From Methanobacteriota archaeon (lineage in GTDB: Archaea > Thermoplasmatota > Thermoplasmata > SG8-5 > JAGLSY01), in assembly GCA_020697715.1 (NCBI GenBank), contig JAEHCO010000001.1, positions 192,001 through 256,000 of the forward strand: a DNA stretch of 64,000 bases, in the 5' to 3' direction. The position numbers were made by a program, and so were the translations under genes. The stretch's first letter is position 1; each line of letters opens with the position of its first letter. A model generated the notes under the pieces. That model saw nothing but the letters and a program-made list of their open reading frames with translations. It was not told the DNA's origin and ran no database searches. This document shows, piece by piece, positions 30,240 through 39,010 of the stretch.

Positions 30240-30448
30240 CCAAGGGAATCCAATTTCTTTTCTTTCTTCGTGGCCTTCTTGAATTCCTTGTAGTGTTCCT
30301 TGCAGATCTTCACCTTGCTACCACTGCCAGTCAGGCTGTGATTAAGTTCTTTATCCACCTTCTTCCTTGATAAGGACCGGGTTGATTCATTATCGCAGTT
30401 GGAGACCTCGCATATGATGATCTCATCTGACTTTCTTTCTCTGGCCAT
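30233..30448 (-). CDS. Small Zn-binding protein (CxxxxC...CxxH)
   Basis: CEVSNC...CKEHYK; stop overlaps the KaiC start. Confidence 0.75.
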   Translation of the reverse strand: MARERKSDEIIICEVSNCDNESTRSLSRKKVDKELNHSLTGSGSKVKICKEHYKEFKKATKKEKKLDSLGW

Positions 30449-30502
30449 TGTATTCTTTAATCATGTATGGATATTAAAAGGTATCGAAGATAATGCCAAA
30501 GT

Positions 30503-30645
30503 TTGAACCTCCCCGCCCATCGTTGAACTCCTGACGAGGTTTCCGAATAGGGAGCACTCTGTGTTTGTCACTTGCTGGGTCATCGAATATAATACCCCGC
30601 CCTGCTGAATATTTTGCGATTGTTCCAGACGGGGCATGCTTGAAT
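30503..30645 (-). mobile_element. Non-coding repeat element copy A; IS200/IS605-like miniature element or structured RNA
   Basis: About 80% identical by eye to 38806-38946; hairpin TGCCCCGTCTG..CAGGGCGGGGTA and end GATGGGCGGGGAGGTTCAA. Confidence 0.6.
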
Positions 30646-30797
30646 GCAAATGCCTTGCAGGGATTCAGCAGGATTTTATCCTCACCCAGCTTCACAAGCT
30701 ATTCTCCCAACAAAGGTGGGTCTTATTGTTTTCTCAGTGTGGAGGGGGCCTAGAAGGAGGGCACAATAGTAAAGAGAATATCTACCTCTGGCCTTCA

Positions 30798-31274
30798 TCA
30801 TCTGGCATCGTCCATTATCTCTCTCAAAAATATATCGGCCGCTTCCATCGCATTCTCTTTATTGGCCGGATAAGCTCCTGTCTTCAGGGAACAATCTATG
30901 ATGTTCCTATCATCCGCAAGCACGATCTGGCCTTCATAAGCCATATCCTTACTCAGTCTGATATGGAGATTGCAATTATCGTCCATCCTGTCATCCATCT
31001 TTTCGAGCATTTCCTCTATTATTCCAGTGCCCTTCAGCTTCTTGAGGAAGGCCTTGATGTCCCGATTCCTTGAGATCGTGGCCTCCATGATGGTGATGGA
31101 ATTGCCAAAATGGCCTTCTGTCCTTATTTCGGATTTCTCGGCATCGGCTACGATGAAGGTCAGTGCTTTCCTGACCTTGTCCTCGGATTCCGTTGCCTGG
31201 ATGAATGTTCTGAAATGCACTCTTAGGAACGCCATTGACCCATAATGATACATGATGTATCTAAAAGTTAGCAC
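30798..31274 (-). CDS. DUF54 / COG1325 predicted RNA-binding (exosome-associated) protein
   Basis: ATESEDKV, EGHFGN, LHIRLSK, AYPA; true start probably the internal Met of MAFLRVH. Confidence 0.8.
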   Translation of the reverse strand: MLTFRYIMYHYGSMAFLRVHFRTFIQATESEDKVRKALTFIVADAEKSEIRTEGHFGNSITIMEATISRNRDIKAFLKKLKGTGIIEEMLEKMDDRMDDNCNLHIRLSKDMAYEGQIVLADDRNIIDCSLKTGAYPANKENAMEAADIFLREIMDDAR

Positions 31275-31330
31275 TAATTATCACTTAATTATAAAAAGCA
31301 GTTATTGTATCCCCATGCGGGTGAGGCAAA

Positions 31331-31876
31331 ATGATCGAAATAAGATTTCATGGTCGGGGAGGCCAGGGAGCAGTTATTGCATCCAATATTCTTGCTGAAG
31401 CAGCATTCCTTGAAGGTAAGTCAGTTTCAGCTTTCCCATACTTCGGTGTGGAAAGAAGAGGAGCCCCGGTCACCGCGTACACGAGAATAGACGATAAAGA
31501 GATCAGAGTGAAGTCCGGTATCTATGAGCCAGACTATGTCATAGTGATGGATCAATCGCTTATCAAAGCAGTTGATGTTGTTGCTGGGCTCAAACCTGGT
31601 GGAAAGGTAATAATCAATACCACCAAGAGTCCTGGTGATTTTGATCTTGGAGAAGCTGAGGTTCATACTGTGGATGCCACTGGCATCGCAATAGACAATC
31701 GACTTGGAAGCAAGGCAGCTCCTATTGTGAACAGTGCTATTCTTGGTGGTTTTATTAAGATATCTGGCGTGGTGGAACTTGATTCACTCCTGAAAGGTGT
31801 GAGGTCTCTTGCTCCTGTGAAGAAGGAAGAGAATGCGACCGCGGCCGATCAGGCTTACTCAAAGGTGGTGAGTTAA
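31331..31876 (+). CDS. porG: 2-oxoacid (pyruvate/ketoisovalerate):ferredoxin oxidoreductase gamma subunit
   Basis: [21 protein letters not shown]. Confidence 0.92.
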
Positions 31877-32157
31877 TGGGTATGGAAAAATACAAGGGAT
31901 ACAAAGACCTGCCAATAATGCCAATAACCGACACCCCATCGACTGTCAACCAGACAGGGTTCTGGAAGACCTTCAAGCCTATTTTCGAGAAGGACAAATG
32001 CATAAAATGTAACATATGCTGGAAGTTCTGCCCCGAGCCCGCGATAACACTGGATGAAGAAGGATATCCAGTGATCGCATTGTTCCACTGCAAGGGATGT
32101 GGAATATGCGCGAATGAATGTCCAAAGGACGCGATAAAGATGGTAATGGAGGAGTGA
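31876..32157 (+). CDS. porD: 2-oxoacid:ferredoxin oxidoreductase delta subunit
   Basis: TGFWKTFKP, CIKCNICWKFCP, CKGCGICANECP. Confidence 0.92.
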   Translation: MGMEKYKGYKDLPIMPITDTPSTVNQTGFWKTFKPIFEKDKCIKCNICWKFCPEPAITLDEEGYPVIALFHCKGCGICANECPKDAIKMVMEE

Positions 32158-32159
32158 TC

Positions 32160-33350
32160 ATGGTTAAAGCAGTTATTAGTGGAAATTCAGCATCGGCCTA
32201 CGGTGCGAAGATTGCAAAAGCAGAAGTTATCGCGGCCTATCCAATTACACCTCAGACCTCCATAATCGAGAAGATAGCCAGCTTTGTGGCCAATGGCGAG
32301 TTCAAGACCGAATTCGTCAAAGTTGAAAGTGAGCACAGCGCGATGGCCGCGTGTGTGGCAGCCTCCCTTACTGGAGCAAGGACCTACACGGCCAGTTCCT
32401 CACATGGTTTACTTCTCATGCACGAGATGCTGATATGGGCGTCTGGCGCGAGAACGCCTATCGTGATGTCCAATGTCAATAGAGCGAATGGCCCACCTTG
32501 GAGCGTGTGGGCGGATCAGCATGATACGATGGCCCAGAGAGATACTGGGTGGATGCAAATATATTGTGAAAGCAATCAGGAAGTGCTTGATTCTATATTG
32601 ATGTCTTATAAGATCGGAGAATCACCCGATATCATGATACCATCCATGATAATCGAGGATGCTTTCATTCTTTCACATACCGTGGAGCCAGTTGATATTC
32701 CGGATCAGGATGCGGTGGATGATTTCCTGCCTCCTTTTGCCCCGGAAAAGAAATTGGATCCAGATGACCCACATGGCTTTGGAAGCCTCGTGATGCCTGA
32801 ATGGTATATGGAATTCAGATATAAAATTGCAGAATCCATGGATCTGGCCCGTGACAGGATCAGGGAAGTGGAGAAGGACTTCGAGAAGAGGTTCGGAAGA
32901 TCATACGGTGGTCTGATGGACTTCTACGAGGTGGAAGACGCGGACGCCGTCCTGATGATAGGTGGAAGTGTGGCCAGTACGGCCAAGGAAGTCATTGACA
33001 AGATGCGCAAAGAAGGTAAAAAAGTAGGATTGGCGCGTGTCAGATACTTCAGGCCCTTCCCTGTTGACGAGGTCAGATGGCTGGCCAAGAAGGTCAATAA
33101 GATAGGGGTCGTCGACCGCAGTTACTGCTTCGGCCATGGTGGACCGATAGCGGCTGAAGTTTATGGCGCGCTCTTACCCACTGGCGACAGACCGATAGTT
33201 AAGAATTTCATAGCCGGCCTTGGTGGAAAGGACATAACTCCAGAAGTCCTGGAGAGGCTCTTCAACAAGATGCTGGTGACCAATGAGAGCGGAACGGAGA
33301 AAGAGATCGAATGGGTGGATGTCAAAGGACATAGCTTGGGGGTTGAGTGA
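32160..33350 (+). CDS. porA: 2-oxoacid:ferredoxin oxidoreductase alpha subunit
   Basis: AYPITPQT, VESEHSA, RYFRPFP; ATG 32160 follows GGAGTGA. Confidence 0.92.
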   Translation: MVKAVISGNSASAYGAKIAKAEVIAAYPITPQTSIIEKIASFVANGEFKTEFVKVESEHSAMAACVAASLTGARTYTASSSHGLLLMHEMLIWASGARTPIVMSNVNRANGPPWSVWADQHDTMAQRDTGWMQIYCESNQEVLDSILMSYKIGESPDIMIPSMIIEDAFILSHTVEPVDIPDQDAVDDFLPPFAPEKKLDPDDPHGFGSLVMPEWYMEFRYKIAESMDLARDRIREVEKDFEKRFGRSYGGLMDFYEVEDADAVLMIGGSVASTAKEVIDKMRKEGKKVGLARVRYFRPFPVDEVRWLAKKVNKIGVVDRSYCFGHGGPIAAEVYGALLPTGDRPIVKNFIAGLGGKDITPEVLERLFNKMLVTNESGTEKEIEWVDVKGHSLGVE

Positions 33351-33351
33351 T

Positions 33352-34266
33352 ATGGCGAAGTTAACTATTCCAGAAGAAGAACTGATGTACCCTGGACATG
33401 TAGGATGTCTGGGCTGCGGAGCGACACTGGCCATGAGATACATGCTCAAGGCTCTGGGACAAAGAACGATCATCAGTGTGCCCGCATGTTGCTGGGCCGT
33501 CATGCCAGGTGTGTTCCCGCTCACCTGTCTGAAGATCCCCATGCTGTACACGGCTTTTGAGACCACTGGAGCCTCGATATCTGGTATCAGGGCTGCATTG
33601 GATGCGAAGGGCATCGACGATATCACTGTGGTAGGCTGGGCCGGTGATGGTGGAACCGCGGATATCGGTATCCAGGCATTGTCCGGAGCTGTGGAAAGAG
33701 GTACGGATGTGATGTACGTGATGTATGATAATGAAGCATACATGAACACGGGCGTGCAGAGAAGCTCCGCCACACCAACTGGAGCATGGACGACCACCAC
33801 GCCAGTCGGTTCAACAAAGGACTGGAAGAAGATGCCGAAGAAGGACATGGTGGAGATCATGGTCGCACACAAGATACCATACACCGCGACAATGAGCATC
33901 GCATATCCTGAGGACATGATCAAGAAACTTCAGAAGGCTCAGAAGATCAAGGGTCCGAAATTCATCCACATCTACGCACCTTGCCCAACAGGATGGCGCA
34001 TGGCCCCCGATAAAACTGTAGAGATCGCGAAGATGGCCACAGCTTGTGGCGTATTCCCACTTTATGAAGTTGAGAATGGTGTTTACACAATAACCCGAAA
34101 GCCAGAATTAAAACCTGTAATGCCATATCTAGCATTACAGGGCAGGTTCCGACATCTTCCCCAGGAAGAGCTGGATGGCATTCAGAATGAGATTGATAAG
34201 AAGTGGAATAGACTTCTTAAATTAGAAGAATTTACTAAGGAACTAGACGAAATGGAGGGAGATTGA
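33352..34266 (+). CDS. porB: 2-oxoacid:ferredoxin oxidoreductase beta subunit
   Basis: GHVGCLGCG, GDGGTADIG (TPP motif), DNEAYMNTGVQRS, PCPTGW. Confidence 0.92.
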   Translation: MAKLTIPEEELMYPGHVGCLGCGATLAMRYMLKALGQRTIISVPACCWAVMPGVFPLTCLKIPMLYTAFETTGASISGIRAALDAKGIDDITVVGWAGDGGTADIGIQALSGAVERGTDVMYVMYDNEAYMNTGVQRSSATPTGAWTTTTPVGSTKDWKKMPKKDMVEIMVAHKIPYTATMSIAYPEDMIKKLQKAQKIKGPKFIHIYAPCPTGWRMAPDKTVEIAKMATACGVFPLYEVENGVYTITRKPELKPVMPYLALQGRFRHLPQEELDGIQNEIDKKWNRLLKLEEFTKELDEMEGD

Positions 34267-34293
34267 ATGCGAGAGCGTAGCGATTGCATTCAA
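34263..34293 (+). promoter_or_regulatory. 31-bp palindromic element upstream of iorA (second copy upstream of paaK)
   Basis: TTGAATGCGAGAGCGTAGCGATTGCATTCAA; 28/31 identical to the reverse complement of 38231-38261. Confidence 0.6.
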
Positions 34294-34342
34294 AAGTTCG
34301 AGTATCTCTCGAACTTCGATTCAATAAAGGAGTGGTTTTAAT

Positions 34343-36223
34343 ATGGCAATGCACCCGGTACTTGACAAGGACGTGAACAAGAAGATATTCCTACTTGGGA
34401 ATGAAGCTATCGTGAGAGGGGCACTTGAAGCTGGACTCGATGTCGCGGCCGCTTATCCAGGAACTCCATCATCAGAGATCGGCAATACATTTGACAAGAT
34501 GGGCGATGACGCGGGAGTGTACTTCGAATACTCCACCAATGAGAAGGTGGCCATGGAAGTGGCTGCCGCTGGAAGCGCATGTAATCTTAGAGCCATGACC
34601 TTCATGAAGCATGTGGGACTCAATGTCGCCGCAGACGCGTACATGACCATCGCGTACACAGGTGTCAGAGGTGGTATGTTGATGGTGTGCGCGGATGACC
34701 CTTCATGTCATTCGAGCCAGAACGAGCAAGACAATCGTTATTATGCGAGATTGGCCAATATCCCGATGCTCGAGCCTTCATCATGCTCCGAGGCAAAGGA
34801 GATGACCAGACTGGGCTTCGATCTTTCTGAAGAGATCGAACTTCCCATACTTCTAAGAACGACCACCAGGATCAATCACATGAGAGGGATCGTGAACCTC
34901 GGACCTCTTGTACCTGGAAAGGGAAAGGGTTATTTCGACAAGGATCCAGGCAGGTTCGTCACCATACCGGCTCATGCCAGGACAGGCCATATCAACCTTC
35001 TGAAAAGAATGGAGAAGGCGATGGAGATATCGGAAAACTCGCCTTTCAACAAGGTCATCGATCTCGGAGGAGACGAGATCGGCATCGTGGCCTCGGGAGC
35101 GGCTTACAATTATGTTATCGATTACATGAAAAGCAATGGGATCAAAGGCAAGGTGCTGAAGCTCGGAATGAGCCATCCAGTGCCTGAAAAGATGTGTGCG
35201 GATTTCATGGCCTCGGTCAAGATGGTCGCTGTCGCGGAAGAAGGAGAACCACTCCTGGAGAACGATCTCAGCAAGATCGCTTATCAGAGGGAGCTGAAGG
35301 TCAAGATATACGGCAAGAACACGGACCATTTCTCAAGGCGCAATGAATACAGTCCAGATACCATAAAGGCTGGGCTAGGCAAGCTCTTGAACATTCCAGT
35401 TAATGATAATAAGCTGGTCCCAAGAAAAGTGGAACTTCCAACCAGGCCACCAAGCCTGTGTCCGGGATGTCCACACAGGCATACTTACCATGCCCTGAAG
35501 AAAGCACTGGGTCAAAAGTTCAAAGAAGCAATTTATTCCACGGATATTGGATGCTACACTTTGGGTATCCAGTCGCCACTGAACAGCGCGGATTTCCTGC
35601 TATGCATGGGATCCAGCGTGGACGCGGCCGGTGGGTTTTCAAAGGCCACCGACCAACCAGCACTGGCCTTCCTCGGAGATTCAACCTTTTTCCATTCTGG
35701 AATTCATGGATTGATCAATGCAGTATGGAATGAACACAAGTTCGTTTATACAATTCTGGACAATCGAACAACAGCGATGACCGGCCACCAGCCAAACCCA
35801 GGTATGGGAAGGCGTGGAGGCGGTGCACCAAGCAAGGGCTCGGACATTGAGAGCATTGTCCGAGGTTGCGGTGTGGAGTTCGTTAGGGTTGTGGACCCTA
35901 ATGACATCAAAGCCACTACACAGGTTTACAAAGAAGCACTGGCATATGATGGATTGGCAGTCGTTATCACTAAAAGGGCATGCGCTTTGCTTGAAGTGCG
36001 TGAGTGGAAAAAAGAAGGTTCTTTCACACCATACCAGGTGGATCAAGAGAAGTGTAAGAAGTGCAAGGTGTGCATCAATACATTCGCATGCCCGGCCATC
36101 GAGCTGGATAATGAAGGTGTTGTATCCATCAATGAGGAATACTGCAATGGATGCAGTGTGTGTGTACAGGTATGTCCCTTTGGAGCCATTGGCCCAGTTA
36201 ATGATACAGGGGTGAAACAATGA
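34343..36223 (+). CDS. iorA: Indolepyruvate:ferredoxin oxidoreductase alpha subunit
   Basis: LLGNEAIVRG, YPGTPSSE, MKHVGLNVA, SSQNEQD, CPGCPHR, GDSTF, two C-terminal 4Fe-4S motifs. Confidence 0.95.
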   Translation: MAMHPVLDKDVNKKIFLLGNEAIVRGALEAGLDVAAAYPGTPSSEIGNTFDKMGDDAGVYFEYSTNEKVAMEVAAAGSACNLRAMTFMKHVGLNVAADAYMTIAYTGVRGGMLMVCADDPSCHSSQNEQDNRYYARLANIPMLEPSSCSEAKEMTRLGFDLSEEIELPILLRTTTRINHMRGIVNLGPLVPGKGKGYFDKDPGRFVTIPAHARTGHINLLKRMEKAMEISENSPFNKVIDLGGDEIGIVASGAAYNYVIDYMKSNGIKGKVLKLGMSHPVPEKMCADFMASVKMVAVAEEGEPLLENDLSKIAYQRELKVKIYGKNTDHFSRRNEYSPDTIKAGLGKLLNIPVNDNKLVPRKVELPTRPPSLCPGCPHRHTYHALKKALGQKFKEAIYSTDIGCYTLGIQSPLNSADFLLCMGSSVDAAGGFSKATDQPALAFLGDSTFFHSGIHGLINAVWNEHKFVYTILDNRTTAMTGHQPNPGMGRRGGGAPSKGSDIESIVRGCGVEFVRVVDPNDIKATTQVYKEALAYDGLAVVITKRACALLEVREWKKEGSFTPYQVDQEKCKKCKVCINTFACPAIELDNEGVVSINEEYCNGCSVCVQVCPFGAIGPVNDTGVKQ

Positions 36224-36819
36224 GTCAACTAAGAATCGTCATAGTCGGCGTCGGAGGACAAGGAGTGCTTTCAGCCGCCAAGAACATAGGAGGAGCCGCG
36301 CTGGAAGCCGGACATGGCGTAGTCATGTCCGAGGTTCACGGAATGGCCCAGAGGGGCGGCGTGGTCGTCTGCAATATCTGCATCGGGGATCTGGACAGCT
36401 CGTTGATCGGCAATGGAGAGGCTGATGTGATACTGTCATTCGAGCCTATCGAGGCCTACAGAGCGCTTAATCTGGCTAATAAAGATACTATCATAATCAC
36501 CAACACAGCTCCCGTGATACCAGTCACAGCATCCATCGGCGAGATGAAATATCCCGATCTGGATGATATCTTCTCAGCAATTGGCGAGGTCAATTCCAAC
36601 TTGATAAAAGTGGCTGCCACGGAACTGGCTAAAGAAGCAGGAACCGCTTTGGCCGCCAATACCGTCATGCTCGGAGCTCTAGCCGCGACAGGAAAGATGC
36701 CTGTAAGCGCGGATGATCTGAAGAAGTACATGTTGTCCAAGGTACCACCGAAGACCGTGGAAATGAATGGCAAGGCCTTTGACATGGGTGTAAATGCCTG
36801 CAATACGGGCAAGTGCTGA
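36220..36819 (+). CDS. iorB: Indolepyruvate:ferredoxin oxidoreductase beta subunit
   Basis: GVGGQG, SEVHGMAQRGG. Confidence 0.93.
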   Translation: MSQLRIVIVGVGGQGVLSAAKNIGGAALEAGHGVVMSEVHGMAQRGGVVVCNICIGDLDSSLIGNGEADVILSFEPIEAYRALNLANKDTIIITNTAPVIPVTASIGEMKYPDLDDIFSAIGEVNSNLIKVAATELAKEAGTALAANTVMLGALAATGKMPVSADDLKKYMLSKVPPKTVEMNGKAFDMGVNACNTGKC

Positions 36820-36881
36820 TTCGATATACTGGCAGTACTGAGATAACTGTATCAGAGATGGTATATGAAATAATGGAATCG

Positions 36882-36913
36882 AGGAAAAAGTAAAGCTCGC
36901 TTTACTTTTTCCT
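36882..36913. terminator. 15-bp perfect inverted repeat between convergent iorB and paaK
   Basis: AGGAAAAAGTAAAGC-TC-GCTTTACTTTTTCCT, overlapping the paaK stop. Confidence 0.65.
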
Positions 36914-38203
36914 ATTATCTTCCACCCTCTTTGCCTTGATCGTGGTCTGTTCGATCGAACCAGGATCCAGAACATTCACTGTTGGACCGAGAGTTATGAC
37001 CGCTTTTATTCCGATAGCCAGAGTCTTGGCCAATGTCTCCTTCTCGGCTTCAGATATGATCTTTTTAGTTTCCACATCCACCTTCATCTGATCCATGATA
37101 CCTTCTGTGTAAAGCGTGATCTTGTAATTGGTCCCCACAGCGTCATTGCCCATGAGCACGTGCTCGATCTGGCTTGGGTAGATATTGGTTCCACGGATGA
37201 TTATCATGTCATCGCTTCTTCCCTTGATCGGTGCGTGTTTCACATGCGTACGCCCGCACTCGCATCCACCATCATAGATGAATGACAGATCTCGAGTCCT
37301 GTATCTGAGGATCGGCATGCCTTCTTTGGTTATTGTGGAAATGACCATCTCGCCCTCTTCCTCAACACCCACTGGCTCACCGGTCTTCGGGTCTATTATC
37401 TCGAGCAGGAAATGATCCTCCCAAAGATGCAATCCATCATGCTGATCGCAGTCCGTTGAAACTCCCGGACCGCACATTTCCGTCAATCCGTAAATATCAT
37501 GGACGTCCATGTTCCACGTGTCGCATAATTTCTTCTTCAGGCCAGATGAGAACATCTCGGCTCCGAAAAGACCATTTCGGACTTTCAAGTCTTTATCTGG
37601 CTCCAGGCCCATTGAAAGTGCCTTCTGGCCCAGGTAAGCCGCGTATGAAGCCACACCTGAAACAAAAGTGACGCCGTAATCTTTCATCAATTGCAACTGG
37701 CGCTCGGTCTGGCCACCACCCGAAGGAACAACAAGCGCTCCCACTTTCATGCCCCCGTAATGGAAGCCGAAAGCTCCTGTGAAAAGACCATATGGGATCG
37801 GGTTCTGGAAGACGTCTTTCGATGTCAATCCACTCATGGATAAACATCGAGCCATAACCTCCGACCACACATCCAGATCATGTTGTGTGTAGCAAACCGT
37901 GATCGGATTGCCAGTGGTTCCGCTGGACGCGTGCAATTCGATAGTGTTCTCCAGATCAGTTGCCATCAGACCGAAAGGATAATTGTCCCTCAGATCGTTC
38001 TTGACAGTGAAGGGGATCTTCTGAATATCATCCAGTGTCTTGATATCCGATGGTTTGACACCCACCTTGTCAAGGCCGTTCCTGTAGAATGGGACATTGT
38101 CATAAGCGTGCTTGACAACTCCTCTTAGATTCTCTAGTTGAAGACTTTTCAACTCCGGTCTCGGCATTGTTTCCAGTTTCTTATTGAATATGAAATCCGA
38201 CAT
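36902..38203 (-). CDS. paaK: Phenylacetate-CoA ligase
   Basis: LRDNYPFG, HASSGTTG, YGLFTG, YGLTEMCGPG, RYRTRD, GRSDDM. Confidence 0.9.
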   Translation of the reverse strand: MSDFIFNKKLETMPRPELKSLQLENLRGVVKHAYDNVPFYRNGLDKVGVKPSDIKTLDDIQKIPFTVKNDLRDNYPFGLMATDLENTIELHASSGTTGNPITVCYTQHDLDVWSEVMARCLSMSGLTSKDVFQNPIPYGLFTGAFGFHYGGMKVGALVVPSGGGQTERQLQLMKDYGVTFVSGVASYAAYLGQKALSMGLEPDKDLKVRNGLFGAEMFSSGLKKKLCDTWNMDVHDIYGLTEMCGPGVSTDCDQHDGLHLWEDHFLLEIIDPKTGEPVGVEEEGEMVISTITKEGMPILRYRTRDLSFIYDGGCECGRTHVKHAPIKGRSDDMIIIRGTNIYPSQIEHVLMGNDAVGTNYKITLYTEGIMDQMKVDVETKKIISEAEKETLAKTLAIGIKAVITLGPTVNVLDPGSIEQTTIKAKRVEDNRKK

Positions 38204-38230
38204 CTAATTCCTCCATCACATTTCGGAATT

Positions 38231-38261
38231 TTGAATGCAATCACTTCGTTCTCGCATTCAA
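38231..38261 (-). promoter_or_regulatory. 31-bp palindromic element in the paaK 5' region
   Basis: Minus strand reads TTGAATGCGAGAACGAAGTGATTGCATTCAA and ends 28 nt before the paaK ATG. Confidence 0.6.
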
Positions 38262-38371
38262 TTTCCACTTCCTCACGCATATGATATGAGCTATCATAAG
38301 CTCAACATCAAATCTAAGCTAAATTTATCTGGCACTTATTCGACCATGGCCGATAAAGTGCCAGGCACCGA

Positions 38372-38665
38372 GCTAGTCGCCCGCACCACGCACTGGTTAG
38401 TCATTGACCTTCTCGGTTCCGCAACCCTGAGAGCGTCGGTAATATGTGGTAAGGCTGCTCCCGTCAGGGCCTGACCCGGTCTCCACAATCAAGGAAATAA
38501 TACCGCCCTCCGGCTGCATTATTTTCCACTTCCAACCCCAAAGGACAGAACCTCATGGTCGGACAATGGTCCAACACGGGGCCGGTTACGCCGTACTCGG
38601 CCGTCACCCCTGCTAAAGACGATTTCAGTGTATAAGGGGACGCCTACCCCCCCGGTTAGCCTAGC
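38372..38665 (-). ncRNA. ffs: Archaeal signal recognition particle RNA (7S)
   Basis: About 295 nt; helix 1 GCUAG/CUAGC; Alu-like 5' GGGGGGGUAGGCGUCCCC; helix 6 GCC-GGAG-GGC; helix 8 UCAGGCCC-UGAC-GGGAGCAG. Confidence 0.92.
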
Positions 38666-38687
38666 ATTTGAGGTTAATGAGGAGGCA

Positions 38688-38696
38688 TATATAAAA
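38688..38696 (-). promoter_or_regulatory. TATA box of the SRP RNA gene
   Basis: TTTTATATA on the minus strand about 23 nt upstream of the RNA 5' end. Confidence 0.65.
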
Positions 38697-38805
38697 CTTA
38701 GCGGTGTAGAATCAAGGCAATGTCACAGTAAGGGTGGGTCTCAGTGTATTCTCAGCGAGGTGGGGGCGGAGCCAGGTGGGGGCAATGTGTTAACAAAGCA
38801 ATTAT

Positions 38806-38946
38806 ATTCAAACATGCCCCGTCTGGACAATTCAAAGAATATTCAGCAGGGCGGGGTACTCTCAGTGATGTGCTAGCGAGTGACAGTCACAGAGTGCTCT
38901 AATATTCGAAGCCCCGTCAGGAGCTCAGCGATGGGCGGGGAGGTCA
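38806..38946 (+). mobile_element. Non-coding repeat element copy B; IS200/IS605-like miniature element or structured RNA
   Basis: Ends GAAGCCCCGTC...GGGCGGGGAGGTCA, resembling IS200/IS605 right ends; homologous to 30503-30645. Confidence 0.6.
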
Positions 38947-39010
38947 TCCTTTCTAAAACCCCAAACACGATGGGCGAGGAGCCGGGTGGGCGCGATACAA
39001 GATACCAGCA

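Noticed and set aside
30640-30668. TTGAATGC..GGATTCAG as a third copy of the ior/paaK palindrome
   Set aside because: Only one arm matches; spacer length and loop differ
30461-30695. Short ORFs over the repeat element, and the similar ORF at 38628-38876 (both contain NIQQGGVL)
   Set aside because: The peptide similarity is a by-product of the DNA repeat; indels and stops differ between copies and conservation follows base pairing
38235-38474. Plus-strand 79-aa ORF
   Set aside because: Antisense to the SRP RNA and paaK leader; no protein features
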